Source: Octopus sinensis (taxonomy: Eukaryota). From it: a DNA stretch of 64,000 nt. The notes under the pieces are model-generated. The model was not told the origin of the DNA, did no database searches, and worked only from the letters and a program-made list of their open reading frames with translations. The translations under genes were made by a program, and so were the position numbers. Numbering within the stretch: the stretch's first letter is position 1; each line of letters starts with the position of its first letter. The stretch is taken from contig NC_042997.1 in the NCBI RefSeq assembly GCF_006345805.1, forward strand, positions 57,784,001-57,848,000, in the 5' to 3' direction. Of the stretch, positions 48,911 through 61,780 are shown piece after piece.

Positions 48911-49049
48911 TGAAACTAGTGCTCATTTACATCCATCGCACAATGTCAAGACAAGGGCACACATACACAACTTTTTCATTAACTGACGTAGGTTGTTTGA
49001 GTTAGAATAACTCTTCCGTTATAACAACATTTCTTCCTGTCCTTTATTG

Positions 49050-50095
49050 CAGACAAATAATGTTTCAATCAAAAACAATGTATCGTTATTGAATACTTGA
49101 CGAAGGTGGGGTGCAGGCTATCCAACATCCACAGAAGGTTACAAGTTGTTTATGAAGATGACATCAAAAGAGCTATGTGCACATATGGGTGAAGTTTAAA
49201 AAAGTGGAAACTGCCATTGAAGACAAACTACGCAACAGGAGACCATCAACTTCGGCTACTGATTGACATGAATCGCTTGTGAGTGAACGAAATGATTCAC
49301 GCAGACAGAGGAGTCACAATTCGTGAGTTTGATGCACGACTGCACTATGGTCATAACGCGTTACAGAAAATAGTATCGAAGACTCTGGGTTGGAACCTGT
49401 GCAAAGTATACGATAGTAGTTGACATCTCCTTTGAAGGAGAGAAGGGTAGATGTTTGTACCGGTCTGTTGAACATACCAATGAAAACGAAGTGGCATACT
49501 TTGTAACTCAGATGATCCAGAAATGATGGCATAGTCGCATGAGCCAGCGATCAACACAGAAGGTCATTGAAATTATTTTGGGGTATAATAAGGACATTAT
49601 TCTCTTCGATGTTCTGGAATGTGGTTATTGTGAACTGAAAGTGGTACAGTGAGACTAAAAATTCTTAGAGAAGTCTTTAGGAAGAAAGGACTGAACAAAT
49701 ATTTGAAAGCAATCCATATTTATTATAATAATGCGCAACCACACACATCATTGATATCAAATCAGGCATTCGGTAAATTTGGTTGGTTAGTGGTCTTCCT
49801 CCGTCATACAGCCAGAATATGGCACTTTACAATTTCTGCTTGTTCAATTCAACGAAGCGTAGTTTTCTGAGATAATGATTTGATGGTACAGGTAGGTATA
49901 CATGGTTGTGAAGGAGTACAATAGTGCACATTTGCGTTTTTTCTAAGAGATTGTGCAAAATTATCACTTATGATGGAGACCATGTTGAGCAGTACTTTTG
50001 TTACTCTACCATGATGTACAATTTGAATGATTTATTATCAATTCATGAAAAATGTATGCTCACTTTTCAATTACTTTCAATATGCCTATGGTATA
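49050..50095 (+). mobile_element. Second, older mariner transposase pseudogene directly downstream
   Basis: IVIEYLTKVG...IHRRLQVVY, IEDKLRNRRPSTS, YNNAQPHTS...FGW, PSYSQNMALYNFCLF (PYSPDLAP-D-LF equivalent); heavily decayed. Confidence 0.75.
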
Positions 50096-51725
50096 TCTAT
50101 GTATGCCAAAATTTACGGCCGGCTGGGCTTCATTTTCCGAAAGGGAGAAGAAAGGCAAAAAAATGGAGGGAAGAAAAATTGAAATTTTGAGGTTTTTTTT
50201 TCCACATTCACGATCTCTGAGATTTAAAACACAGAAGTCCAAAGAAATTGTCAAAAAATACCAGTAAAACAATCCTGAATGGGATGGTATGCATATATGC
50301 CCAAAACATCGCCTATTTCCCTTAATGAGGTCTTCTAAAAATACGAGCAGGGAATGGGGATGACAGCTGAATTTTCACGCTGTCACTCGACTTGCTTATA
50401 ATAACGGTAAATTTTCTCTCAAGTCACACTCTAACATAAGATAACCGTCCTTGATATCTGCACGAAAAGGTAAGATGGAACGACTGTCTTGAAGGTTTTT
50501 TAAAAATAAAAAATTTTTTTTATCACAGGTCTGTTCGTTCAGAGATGAGCTGGAGTCTGGACAACAATCTGGGATGCTACGAATGCATTTAACGCGTCCA
50601 AATATTACTAGATCAAATGAGCCAAAAAGGAACCTCTACCTGTTAGCTGTTTAATATTTCCTATTAGCTTACATTCCTAAAGAAAAAAGAAAAGGAGTCT
50701 AAAATATACTAACAGAAATGTGATAGTTAGGACGCTTCATAACTGACCTGGAGCTTAACAACTAGATCGATTTTACTTTGACGAAAGATGTGCTTCGATG
50801 TTATATTTTCTGCAAGGTCCTAAAACAGCTACTCACGAGCAGTTTTGTATCTAATATGTTGATGCAGGTCTAAATTATGTTTTCAAAAATTTTTTCCTTG
50901 GTCGGCAGACTTCTTGATTAATCGAAGCTAATACTGATGCAAAAGGTTTTTGTCTGGTATTGATTGATGATTTAGGTGGACTCTAGTTAGGTTTCGATGC
51001 TTGTCTCTATCAAAGTGTATGGATCATTTAAGCTAAAAAAAAATCTTTTTGAGACAGCCAAAGAATGAGGTTAGTTCACAGATCTAAGACAAATCAGCTG
51101 AACTACCCAACTTCGACATCTGTTTCAAACTGGATTTATTTCATCTTTTTTTCATGGAGATATGTGCAAACTTCGAGATTTAAGGCTATAAAACAAGAAA
51201 AAGAACCTTTAAGTAATTTCATTTAATTTTGCTGAAAAGACTGTTCAAAAGTTAGATTATTTAAAGCTGTTCGTTGTTGCTGATAACTTTTTTTAATCTT
51301 GTTCTTTGCTCTGATTACAATTATCATGGCCTTTCATCTGTACTGTGTACCGAGTTAAAGTCTTATCAGGCATTTGTCAACGGACCACAGGTTAAAAAAA
51401 GCGAAATATAGAACTGGAAACGAGCTAATGAATGCATATCAATACCCTTACCCCCAAAGAACAGTAACAAGGAAATGGAGATAGAAAATTAATCAGAGCC
51501 ACTGCTTCACAAAAGTTCAGTTGCCAGCAGTTTAATCAACACTTTAACTTCATTAGAAGACTTAGTTTCCCGCCTACCGTCAATATATTTATCCCGCTGG
51601 GATTAAAAATCCTTTTTTTTTCTCACGAGAGCTCTCTTATTGTTCTTTCTCTGGATTATTACTCCCACCTTTTTTTGTTTATCTTCATTAGCCATTTGAA
51701 AACGATTTAAGTTTAGTTTTCAATT

Positions 51726-51800
51726 ATGAGAGGAGGTGCTGAGTATGCTGGCTACTTGGACATCAAGTTACCTGCAAAGAGCCGAACAAAGCGTACTAAG
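51726..51800 (+). CDS. Possible first coding exon of a second gene (resembles the first strand of a PH domain)
   Basis: ATG...MRGGAEYAGYLDIKLPAKSRTKRTK followed by a strong donor AAG|gtatgt (phase 0) in a CpG-richer region; no downstream exon identified. Confidence 0.3.
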
Positions 51801-53165
51801 GTATGTTTGATTAATTTAATATTTCAGTATTATTTTATTGTAATAATAATCATTAATCCTTACAGAATGCATTCACGAGCTATAATTGTTTTCACTGAAT
51901 TTCAAGGTATTGCTATGGTCAAACTATACTAGATGCATTACTCAGTATCAGATTGTTTGACAACTGATGGAAGACTTTTTCTAGGTAATTTATTTTGCGT
52001 AGGAAAGGGTCCGATTTCTCTGTGGAGCCGAAGGATTATCATGTTTTAAATTAAGGTATTTTTGTTTACTTCTTAAACATGTCCAAAATTGGCGAAAAAA
52101 GAATTATATGGATTAAAATCTATTTTGTCTTCTCGTTAAAGGAGGAGTGTAAAAAAACAAAACATTATTATTGTGTGTGTGTGTGTGTAGTATTTGCTAG
52201 TTTGAGAACCACAGGCTTAAAGATTTTTTTGTTGGTGCGACCCAACTTCTTAACATTATTTTATTCTTTTACTTGTTTCAATTATTGGATTGCGGTTGTG
52301 CTGGAGAACCGCCTCGAATATTTAAGGCTTAGGGTTACTTATTTTAAGTCCAATATTTTATCAGTGTCTCTTTGCCGAACCGCAAAGAGAACTTTAGGAA
52401 GACGTTAACAAATCAACGCTAGTTAAGCAGTGAGACACATACACATCTATCTCTCTCTCTCTATATGGGAAAGTGGGCGTTAAAACTATATATATATATA
52501 TATATATGTAATTAAGATTCAGTTGAATTAGGTAATTAAATAGAGGCACCAAGCCAGTTCAGCATAGTCCGTGTAGCTCTAAGTTAGGTGAACAAAATGC
52601 AAGGATATCCTTGTTACTTATTTATTTGTTTGTTTGTTTGTATGTATGTATTGTTTGGATGAAGTCCTGCTCTCGGTTGCTGAACTGGCTGTCCTCCTCA
52701 ACTGAGCCTAGAGCGACGGCGTTTAACATTATTGTAAAGAATCCACTTTTCATCACCTGTAACAAGCCAGTGTAAAAATGTTGCTTGAAAGTGTCGCGAA
52801 AGCAATGATTGACAACAAACAGCTCGCCGTTGTCGATTCTCGGGAAACAGCTCGTGAGGAATCCATTTTCCAGCCACTGAAACTTTTCCAATATGTTTTA
52901 GTTGGTGTACCATTGTTGTATGGGCCATGTTTAACTGTTCTGCAAGTTCCCTAGCAGTACAAGAGCTTCCACTATTACGGAATCAAGTTTTTTTGGACGA
53001 CCCTCTTTTGGCTCTTCTTTCAAAGTGAAATCATCACTTCGGAAACGGGAAAACCATCTCCTGCAACTTCTTATGTGATCTTTAGATAGGACAAACATGG
53101 TCGTAAAATTTTCTGAGAATTATGTCTAGAAGTTAGATAATCTGAAAGAAAATAGTACAAATTAG

Positions 53166-53893
53166 GGCGATCTTTCGACGAAAGATTGCCTAGGGCGATC
53201 TTTCGTTTGTAGTAGCACGTTTCCGTCGATGATTTCCGTAAAAAACTTTTATTTTTTTACATATAGGCTTGCGGGAACATTTGAAGTAATGAGAGCGAAA
53301 GAGACTAAGAGAAAGCGATTTTATGACGAGCGAATTTCTTTTTGAAGTTACCGAAGCACATATACACATACACCGAGTAAAAAATTACACTGAATCGGCC
53401 ATACATACACACACACACATACATAGATACATACACACACACACACATACATGCAGACATACATATACACATACACCGAGTAAAAAATTACACTGAATCG
53501 GCCATACATACATACATACACACACACACATACATAGATACATACACACACACACATACATGCATACATACATATACACATACACCGAGTAAAAAATTTC
53601 AGTTATCTCTCTCTTTCACACATTACTCTCTCTGTCTCTTCACACACACTAACAGAAGCACTTCACTTACACAACATACTGTCTGTCTCCCACACCCCAT
53701 CAAACACACACACGCACACACATGTACATCAATGCTTTGATAACTTCAAAAGAAATTCCCTCGTCATAAAATCGCTTCCTCTTAGTCTCTTTCGCTCTCA
53801 TTACTTCAAATGTTCCCGCAAGGCCATATGTAAAAAAATAAAAGTTTTTTACGGAAATCGACGGAAACGTGCTACTACAAACGAAAGATTGCC
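53166..53893. mobile_element. Fold-back/MITE-like element with ~155-bp inverted arms (53194-53350, 53741-53893) and an adjacent 25-bp fused-end palindrome
   Basis: The arms are near-perfect reverse complements (ggcgatctttcgtttgtagtagcacg... / ...cgtgctactacaaacgaaagattgcc). Flanked by an 18-bp direct repeat gaaaatagtacaaattag (53148-53165, 53894-53911). Confidence 0.85.
53359..53600. repeat. ~103-109 bp tandem repeat (2.3 copies) built on CATA/CA microsatellite
   Basis: caccgagtaaaaaatt recurs at 53371, 53474 and 53583. Confidence 0.9.
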
Positions 53894-54116
53894 GAAAATA
53901 GTACAAATTAGACACCTCTTTAAGAAGAGGTTAAAAAATTGATCAATTTGCTATGAAATATTTTTTCTAGAAATCGGACATTACTTTTGCACCAACCTGA
54001 TATATATAGCAGACATGAAACATTTGTAGTGGCGGTTTATTTAATTTATATTAAAATTTTATGTATTGATTAAGTCTTTCCTTGTTTGGTTTTAAAATAG
54101 TGGTTTTGTCTCGAAT

Positions 54117-54156
<40 letters not shown>

Positions 54157-55649
54157 CAAGCTGTCACGCAGTTTGTGTCAACGAAGTTCAATTACAAGGC
54201 ATTGGTCAGCCCTGAACTAAGGTACTTGTCTAAGGTGAGCTCAGTGGGACTGAACTCAAAATGACGTAGTTGTGAGACGAACTTCTTAACCACACAATTA
54301 TGCCTACACTTGTGCTTAGAATTTTTTTTGGTTACGTACTGTTTTAGTTGAGTTTCGGATCATTATTGCCAATGATACGTTGTGTGCGTACATTGTGTTG
54401 AAGTCATAACAATCTCAAGTGTGTCGTAATATTACCTGGAGATACTCAATGTAAAACGACAGTTTCTAAAATGTGTATTTCCTATGTCCCTTAAATGCCA
54501 GAATACACTTGTAAATTCCCTGAACCCAATTTAGAATGCTGCGTTTGTAAACATTACGATGACAGTGTGTATACATCCTTCTACGCCGGCGTCAAGTAGA
54601 CAACTGATGCTTAGTTAAATAGCAAATAATGAAGGAGAGCTTCTAACAGTATGAAAAAAAGGGTAAATTAAAGTAACCTTTATTTATTTCAGGCACAGAG
54701 GCCCATTATACGAAACGAACAGTTCAGAAATATGAGTTTATGTAGATCCTGTCATTTTGTTAGCCGAACGGGCAGTGATCCAGCTTTGTCTAGTGCAACA
54801 AAGCAGAGTCGTTGTCCGTTCTACAATCAAAATGACAGAATCTACATAAACTCTTATTTCTATTATTTGTTGTTTTACTTCTGCATCACAATGCTTTAAG
54901 CAAACTACAAAGCTCCTCTGGATGCATAGCTGTATGCGGGGCCATGTTTGTCAAGCTTCCTATTTGTCGTTGTTTAGAACTGATGTTTGTCTTACTCCTT
55001 CGAAAACCATTATTTTCTAGAAATGCTTAGCTCATTAAATGCTATGAATTAGAATAGGTATTTCCATAAACACCATTCTCTGGAAAGCAGCCGCAAACCC
55101 CTTAACGAAAACCACTTTCTATCATTAAAATAACCCCTACATTTTTCTATTAAATAATTTGCCTTATTTTGCCCCAGGAAAAAAAAATCCCTACACCTTT
55201 CAATGTAACCGATTTCGATTGCTGAGACTCCCCCCTAAGTAAAACGAGGTGACTGTGGTGTAAAGTGACAGAGAGAAAGAGAGAGAGAGAGCAAGCAAAA
55301 ATTACCACTAAACAAGCTACCGTGTTTTGTTAGTGGACAATGCAAGACAATATATATATATATATACTAAAAACAAAACAATCAAAATTAGCGGTTTTTA
55401 TTTCCCCTCTCTATGTAACCTTCAGTTATAAAACCCAGTCAGCGTAGCGAATACATCAAGTGACAATTGTTAATTCAGTTACCAAGCTGAGAATTGGCTA
55501 GATAGGTACGTAAGACAAAAAGGGGGGGGGGTGAATGTTTTTTGTTACAGCACTGAATATAAAGTTTTTAGTAAAGAAAACGTCAATATGAAATCGGTCA
55601 ATCTTTAAAATGAACTGTACTAGAGATTTTCCAGATGTGTTTAACTTGA

Positions 55650-56380
55650 TTTCACTGAAGCTTCCCTCCAATTTTAATAATAGGTTTATATCATCATATT
55701 ATGCAGTTGAAACAACAGTATGATTTTTGAACTGCATGAAATTGGAAACATAGATGAGATAACTGTCTTTTAACATGTCAGAGAACAGAACACTACATAA
55801 AAAGGATGTAAATCTATGTTAGAACACCAAGACACAGGAGATGAAACTGTCCACAAAATATTTTATTGCAGTTTTGTGTTGCTTAGCTGATGGAACAAAC
55901 TACACCCCATGGTTATTGTTAAAAGAAAGGTAATTAAAGAGTGAAAATTTTCTTTCTGGAATTATTGTTCAATGCCACTCTAAAAGCTGTATTGATGTTG
56001 AAGGCATAAATAGATCTATAGCTGAGAAAAGCATGGAATAATCAACATGAAGCATTTTAAAAGAAACCTGCAGTGACAATATGGGATTATTTAAAACTCA
56101 TCTTATTGAGTCAGTGAAACACATTAAATATTTGAAAACTCATGAAGCTAGTTAAAGATGAATTTATGATACACTGGTTATCATGGGTGTTATCTGATGA
56201 AGTAGAAAAGCAGGAGGTAACCAAAAAAATTTGGTGAAAATAGCTTAGAATGCTTTACCTGAGCATATGGTTTCCAAGAGGTTTTTAATGACCGGCACTG
56301 GTTATAAGTTGAATGGATAATCAATTTAATAATGGATAAATTGAATGGATAATCTGTTGTAGAATAATTAGAATGTAATT
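55650..56380 (+). mobile_element. pogo-family DDE transposase remnant
   Basis: IGNIDE, NMSENRTLHKK, AVLCCLADGT.LHPMVIVKR, FLSGIIVQCHSK, IWD motifs in shifting frames. Confidence 0.6.
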
Positions 56381-57205
56381 AATGACACCACTATGTGGAG
56401 GCATGTGATTTAGTGGTTAGGGTATTGTACTTTTGATTGTAAGATTGTGGTTTCAATTCCTGGACAGGGTGATACATTGTGTTTGCAAGCAAAACATTTC
56501 ATTTCATGTTGCTCTAGTCCACTCAGTTGGCAAAAATGAGTGATCCTGTGATGGACTGGCATCCCATCCAGGGTAAAATGTATATGTCACAGAATCTGTG
56601 AAACTGGACTTATGAGCCTATGGCTTGGAAAGAACCAATGATCCTCTTTTGAAAGATGCCACTGCAAGTTTAGATAAAGTTGGATGATGAAATGATAGAC
56701 AGGGGCAGATCCAAGGAGGTGGGGGCTAAGGAGCACGTGCCCTCCCACATCAAGAAAAGTGCACCTTTCTAAATAATGTTATTATACCTTTTTCTCCTGG
56801 AATTGTATTCCCTTCTGACCTTGTGCCCATCCTTCTAAAAATTCCTGGGACCGTGCCTGATAGGATGGGACATAGATGAAATGTTAAATCAAGAAGAATG
56901 GTTGGAGATATTTAGAAAATTAGATAATGAATCAGACTTTGATAATAAGCTCATTTTATGAGCAATGACCATTATAAATTCATGCTATAGCCTTCATTCA
57001 AAAGTTATTGAATAAAGTCAGGAACCAAGCCAGTTTTAGTATTTATATTTAATTTTGTTTTTTAAAATTTGCAGTGATATTAAATTAGCTTCTTAAAAAT
57101 TTATTCTGGAGTTACATTACATAAGAGGATAAAATATATGACATTTATAGTTACAAAAAGTAGGCTATTCTATATTTTTGGGATGAGGAATTATGTATGG
57201 ATAGG

Positions 57206-57910
57206 TATCCTCACTTTGTTGTTATCACATTTCGGCTGATGTACTCTCCAGCCTTTATGCAATGTTCTGGTGGAATTTTGAACCCAATCTTTTATTTGAC
57301 TGTTCTCATTCCTAAGGTATGTTGCTGATGTTATTTTTCTTTTGATATTATTTGCCTGGGATTGAACTTAGAATCTGAGGGTTAGTAGCCTGTGCTCCTA
57401 TCCACTACACTATATGCCTGTGTTCAATTATAAAGTGAATTTTAGGGCTTATAAACCTAGTATTTTATCTTTTCTTAATACTGGTTCCCATATTACATTC
57501 ATATCTGTACTAGGTCTGCTTAGGAGGTTATTGTGTCTTAGTATATGTGCAGCCTCTTTTAATTTTCGTATTTTCCAGTGGTGTTCTCTGTTGATTATTT
57601 TAACTTCATCCCACAGCAGGAGATGGTCCCCATTTTTCCATCCATGATTGGCTATACCCTATTTTTCAACATTCCCCTCATGTCACAGCTTTACAATGTT
57701 CCTCTATTCTTACTTTAAGGGGACAGCATGTTTTGCCTTTGTATAACCTACCACAACTGCATGGGATAGAGTACACACAATTTTTGGTCATATTCTCTTC
57801 TATGGGTCAAATAAAGGATTGGGTTTGAAATTCCACCAGAACACCTGATGAAGGCTGGTGAGTACATAGCTGAAATGTTGTGATAACAACAAACAAGGTG
57901 AGGACACCTG
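57206..57910 (-). mobile_element. 5'-truncated Penelope-like retroelement: GIY-YIG C-terminus (57808-57448), downstream pseudo-LTR (57410-57206), inverted pseudo-LTR (57810-57910, +)
   Basis: Minus strand translates to VYSIPCSCGRLYKGKTCCPLKVRIEEH...WDEVKIINREHHWKIRKLKEAAHIL...IWEPVL, the PLE GIY-YIG pattern, with disabling stops. The flanking repeats are inverted copies carrying hammerhead motifs. Confidence 0.8.
57840..57884 (+). ncRNA. Minimal type I hammerhead motif in a Penelope pseudo-LTR
   Basis: aacac CTGATGA a ggctg-gtgagtaca-tagct GAAA tg TT gtgat; stems retained with G-U pairs. Confidence 0.6.
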
Positions 57911-58351
57911 TCTGCCCACTGTAAAAGTAGGCTCACTTTATATTTGTGATCTTATTGCAGTCAAGAAAATAAGGCAATACCCATTCATGGGTATTTCATT
58001 ATCTCACTGTTTAGAGTTCATATCCATTCAGAAATCAATAACAATTATCAATCCACTGTAACCTTCACCTTAAATAGTGTTATAGGCATGTATCTGGTCT
58101 TACTTTTATTTATAATATTCAAACACTTACATATCTTACCTTTGAAAAGGAGTTTCTTCTTTTCTAATCTCTATATAACAATATATAATAATAGCTGATA
58201 ATAAATAGCAATAATATAATATATATAAATTATAATAATAAATGTTAGTTGGTTGGTTGATTGATTTCTCCATACAATCTTTAATGTGTGTGTGTGAGAG
58301 AGAGAGAGTAAACAACTTGATTAAACAATCCCCATTTTTTTTCAATCCTTT

Positions 58352-58510
58352 TTCATCATTGTTTAATATTTGCCTTCCATGCTGGCATGGGCAGGACGGT
58401 TTTACAGGAGCTGGCCAGGTAGAAGCCTGCACCAGACTTCTGTGACTGTTTTGGCAGGACTTTTACAGCTAGATGCCCTTCCTAACACCAACCACTCAAC
58501 CACTCAAGAA
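58352..58510 (-). mobile_element. RTE-related short copy
   Basis: catcattgtttaatatttgccttccatgctggcatggg...agctagatgcccttcctaac. Confidence 0.75.
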
Positions 58511-59789
58511 ATGCTTATTGTTATGTATTAGAAGTAGCAGTTATATTTTTCTAAAACTATACTCTGTTATCTTAAAAACAATGAAGGACATAATGGATAG
58601 TGTAGGAAAAATAGCTTTGTTTGGCAAGAACAATTTAAAGAAGGAAAGCAAAAACGAGATATATGACAATCAACAGAAAATGATGGTCATTAGTCACATT
58701 CTAAAAAAACAGCAACAAAAACCCCAGATGTACAACACTTATTTTAATCACAATGAATTGTTATCTTATTCTGCTCACCTGCTTTACATGAAGAATCGTT
58801 ACCCTAGTGAATATAATTTGTATAATCAGATAACACACATACATGCCTGCATGCATATTTAATGTGCATATTTCATCCTGTATAGCTCAGAGGGCTTGAC
58901 ACGATTTGATGAATCTAAGACCACATCATGTTTCAATGTCTGCTTTGGGATGGTTTCTACAGTTCGATACCCTTCCTAATGCCAACCACTTTACTTTTCA
59001 TGGCACTAGTGAGGTTGCCATGGAAACTGGGAGACTAAGATCCCCTTCAAATAAGTGGAGGCTATTATATAAAGAGAGGTAGTTTTATGCTATTAGAAAA
59101 GGAGCTTAAGTGTGAAAGAAGGGGCTAGAAAAGAACAGGTTTCTTGTTGTAGAGGATCTTCATAGTCACTCACATTTTGGATATGCGCCTTTATACTTGC
59201 TCCATATACGACATACAAGGCGATATAATTAAATTTTGCATTTAGATGGTTAATGGTAAGTGTAATCAACCAGGATTACCAAGTTAAAACCTAACTTCCA
59301 AGCCAAACGATATATAAAAAACAAAAATAAAAAGCCAAACATTTAATATGGTGCAATATTACATCAGTTTCATTATCGTCATCATTTGACATCTGTTTGA
59401 CATGGAGGTGAGATGTTCTATAAGTGTGTGATGGGAGATGGTTTGAGATAGGGAAATGTAACTGTAGCAAGTGATAAGAATAGCTCAGGGGGTGGGGGAG
59501 TAGGTACGGTGGTAGATATGTGAAGGCATTGAGGGTGACATAAACATGGGTGGAGGAAGAATGTGTTGGGAAGATGGGTTGGCAGATGCATCCATTCATA
59601 CATACATATATGTATTTCATACATACATAATATATACTTGCGGATATACAAACATATTACATACATACATTCATGTATATATATATGTATGTACATGCAT
59701 AAGATAGCCTAGACTTGCATGTATCTTAAAATATGCTTGAAATACCTTTTATGAGCACTGATGTCTCAGCTCAATAAAGATTAACCAGA

Positions 59790-60050
59790 GACCTAGCAAC
59801 AACAATACTATTACCACCACTATCAACAATAACACAACCACTACTATCACTGCCAACATCACTAACATCATCAATGCCAAACACTATCACCACAATCCCT
59901 GCTACTACCACTATCACTAACATTAACACAACCTATGTTGCCAACATTGAATACACAGTTGATACCACTATCATCAACTCCACCACCAAGATAACTATAG
60001 TTAACACCATCACTGTCACCAACACCACTGGCATCAATGCAACTACTCCT
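59790..60050. repeat. Cryptic (ACC/ACT/ATC)n trinucleotide repeat (similar tracts at ~2520-2700, ~60760-60890, ~61280-61380)
   Basis: Degenerate triplet periodicity; produces the Thr/Ile-rich spurious ORF at 59874-60071. Confidence 0.85.
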
Positions 60051-61499
60051 GTCAATTTTCCAACTTTTTGATTAGAAACAACAGCAAGAGTTGCAAATAG
60101 CATGAACCAAGTGTCAGTGTATCTATGGTAGTTGTCTTTCAAATGTATAGTGTATTTCATAATATAATTGGATCAGGGCTCTGATGTTTGTAGTGGAGTT
60201 TTTGTTTTATGGTTTAGGCAGGGTTGCCGGAATAAAACCTAATTGTGAATCCAAACAATTCATGAAAAACAGCACTACCCATCAAAGCCAATCATATCAG
60301 AATATGTTTCTGATATTTATGCCATATGAAAAGTTCTCTATTATCTGCAAGACGTATCAGTCATCCTCCTTGGAATAAGTAATCTCCTGCGTAGATATTA
60401 TGAGATATGAAATCTTTTAATATTTTTGAGATGGAGAAAAAGGCAGTGAGGAATTGTTAGCACACCAGGCAAAATGTTTAGTAGTATTTGGGCTTTCATT
60501 CTTTCAGGGTTGATAAAATAAGTACCAGTTGAGGGCTGGGGGAAAATGTAGTTGACTTATCCTCTCCTCTGAATTTGCTGGCCTTGTACCAAAGTTTGAA
60601 ATTTATATTTTTTTTAGATGGAGCAAAGTCCTTACAACATCTTAAATAAAAGGACATATGAGATAATTGTAGCCCTAGACCTAAAAGATGGTTGAAAAGC
60701 CATAGACCATAGGATCTTCAGGTCAATACGACCATCTGCACCATAAACAATAAATAGCATGACCACTATCACCACTACCACCACCACCACCACCACTGAT
60801 ACAACACAACCACTATAATATTCACTAACAGTAATACCACCTCCACCATTATTACCAACACAACCATAAATGCTATCATTATAGTAATAACAAATAATAG
60901 ATCTTCATGTATTTTGTTGATGAATATTCGGTTGTTCGATCAACTAAACTACCTGTTTGTGAATTAGCATGTAAGTGGTTGAGTATTCTATAAACATCTA
61001 CCCATAATGTAATTAATACTCAGATGGAATCAGTGAGGCATCAGATGCAATAAAGGTGGACCTATAAAACACATGTACAAACCATCCAAGAAATTTCCAT
61101 AGTTTCTTTCAATCCAATTTCACTCACAAAGCTTGGGTTGACTCAAGGCTATGATAAAAGATACTTGCTCATGACACATCTCAGTGAAATTGAACCCAGG
61201 ACCTTATAATTGTAAAGTTAATTTCATAAGCATTTAGCTTTGCTGTATTCTTAATGCTGCAGTTACTTCTAACATTTTCATCATCAACACAATTTAGAGT
61301 ACCAACACACCAACACTAAAACTAATACAACCAACATCAGCACTACTAACTCTTTAATGACCAACCAGCAGCAACAATAGTACCAAGATAGCAAAGTCAA
61401 ATGTCAATATGTCAATATCTTTGTCTACATATGGATGGTATATGTCAAAATTTATAACTACTTATGGGGTAATGTTACAATGTAATGAAGTGGGTGCTT

Positions 61500-61780
61500 T
61501 GATGTGTGTGTGTATCTGATGGGAGGCAAGAAAAAATAAGTGCTAGAAATAGAGGAATCAATATCTTTGTCTGTATCTTTGTGTTTTTACTTGGTCCCCA
61601 CCATTGCCTGACAACAGGCGTTGGTGTGTTTACATCCCTGTAACTTAGTGGTTCCACAAAAGAGACCAATAGAATAAGTACCAGGCTTAAAAAAAAGTAC
61701 TGGGGTTAATTTATTCAACTAAAAATTCTTGAAAGCAGTGCCCCCAGCATGGCCACAGTCTAATGACTGAAACAGTAAAA
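61500..61780 (+). mobile_element. 3' half of the same SINE family
   Basis: gtccccaccattgcctgacaac...gagaccaatagaataagtaccaggc...gtctaatgactgaaac. Confidence 0.75.

Larger units (their letters stand above)
52660..54002 (-). mobile_element. 3'-truncated mariner with left TIR, interrupted by a fold-back element
   Basis: TA + TIR TCAGGTTGGTGCAAAAGTAAT at 54002-53980. Minus strand: RRWFSRFRSDDFTLKEEPKEGRP, KWIPHEL, LVTGDEKWILYNNVKRRRS. Confidence 0.9.

Noticed and set aside
57355-57416. tRNA gene
   Set aside because: The acceptor stem does not close and it is embedded in a repeat; treated as a tRNA-derived head, as for the SINE 5' ends.
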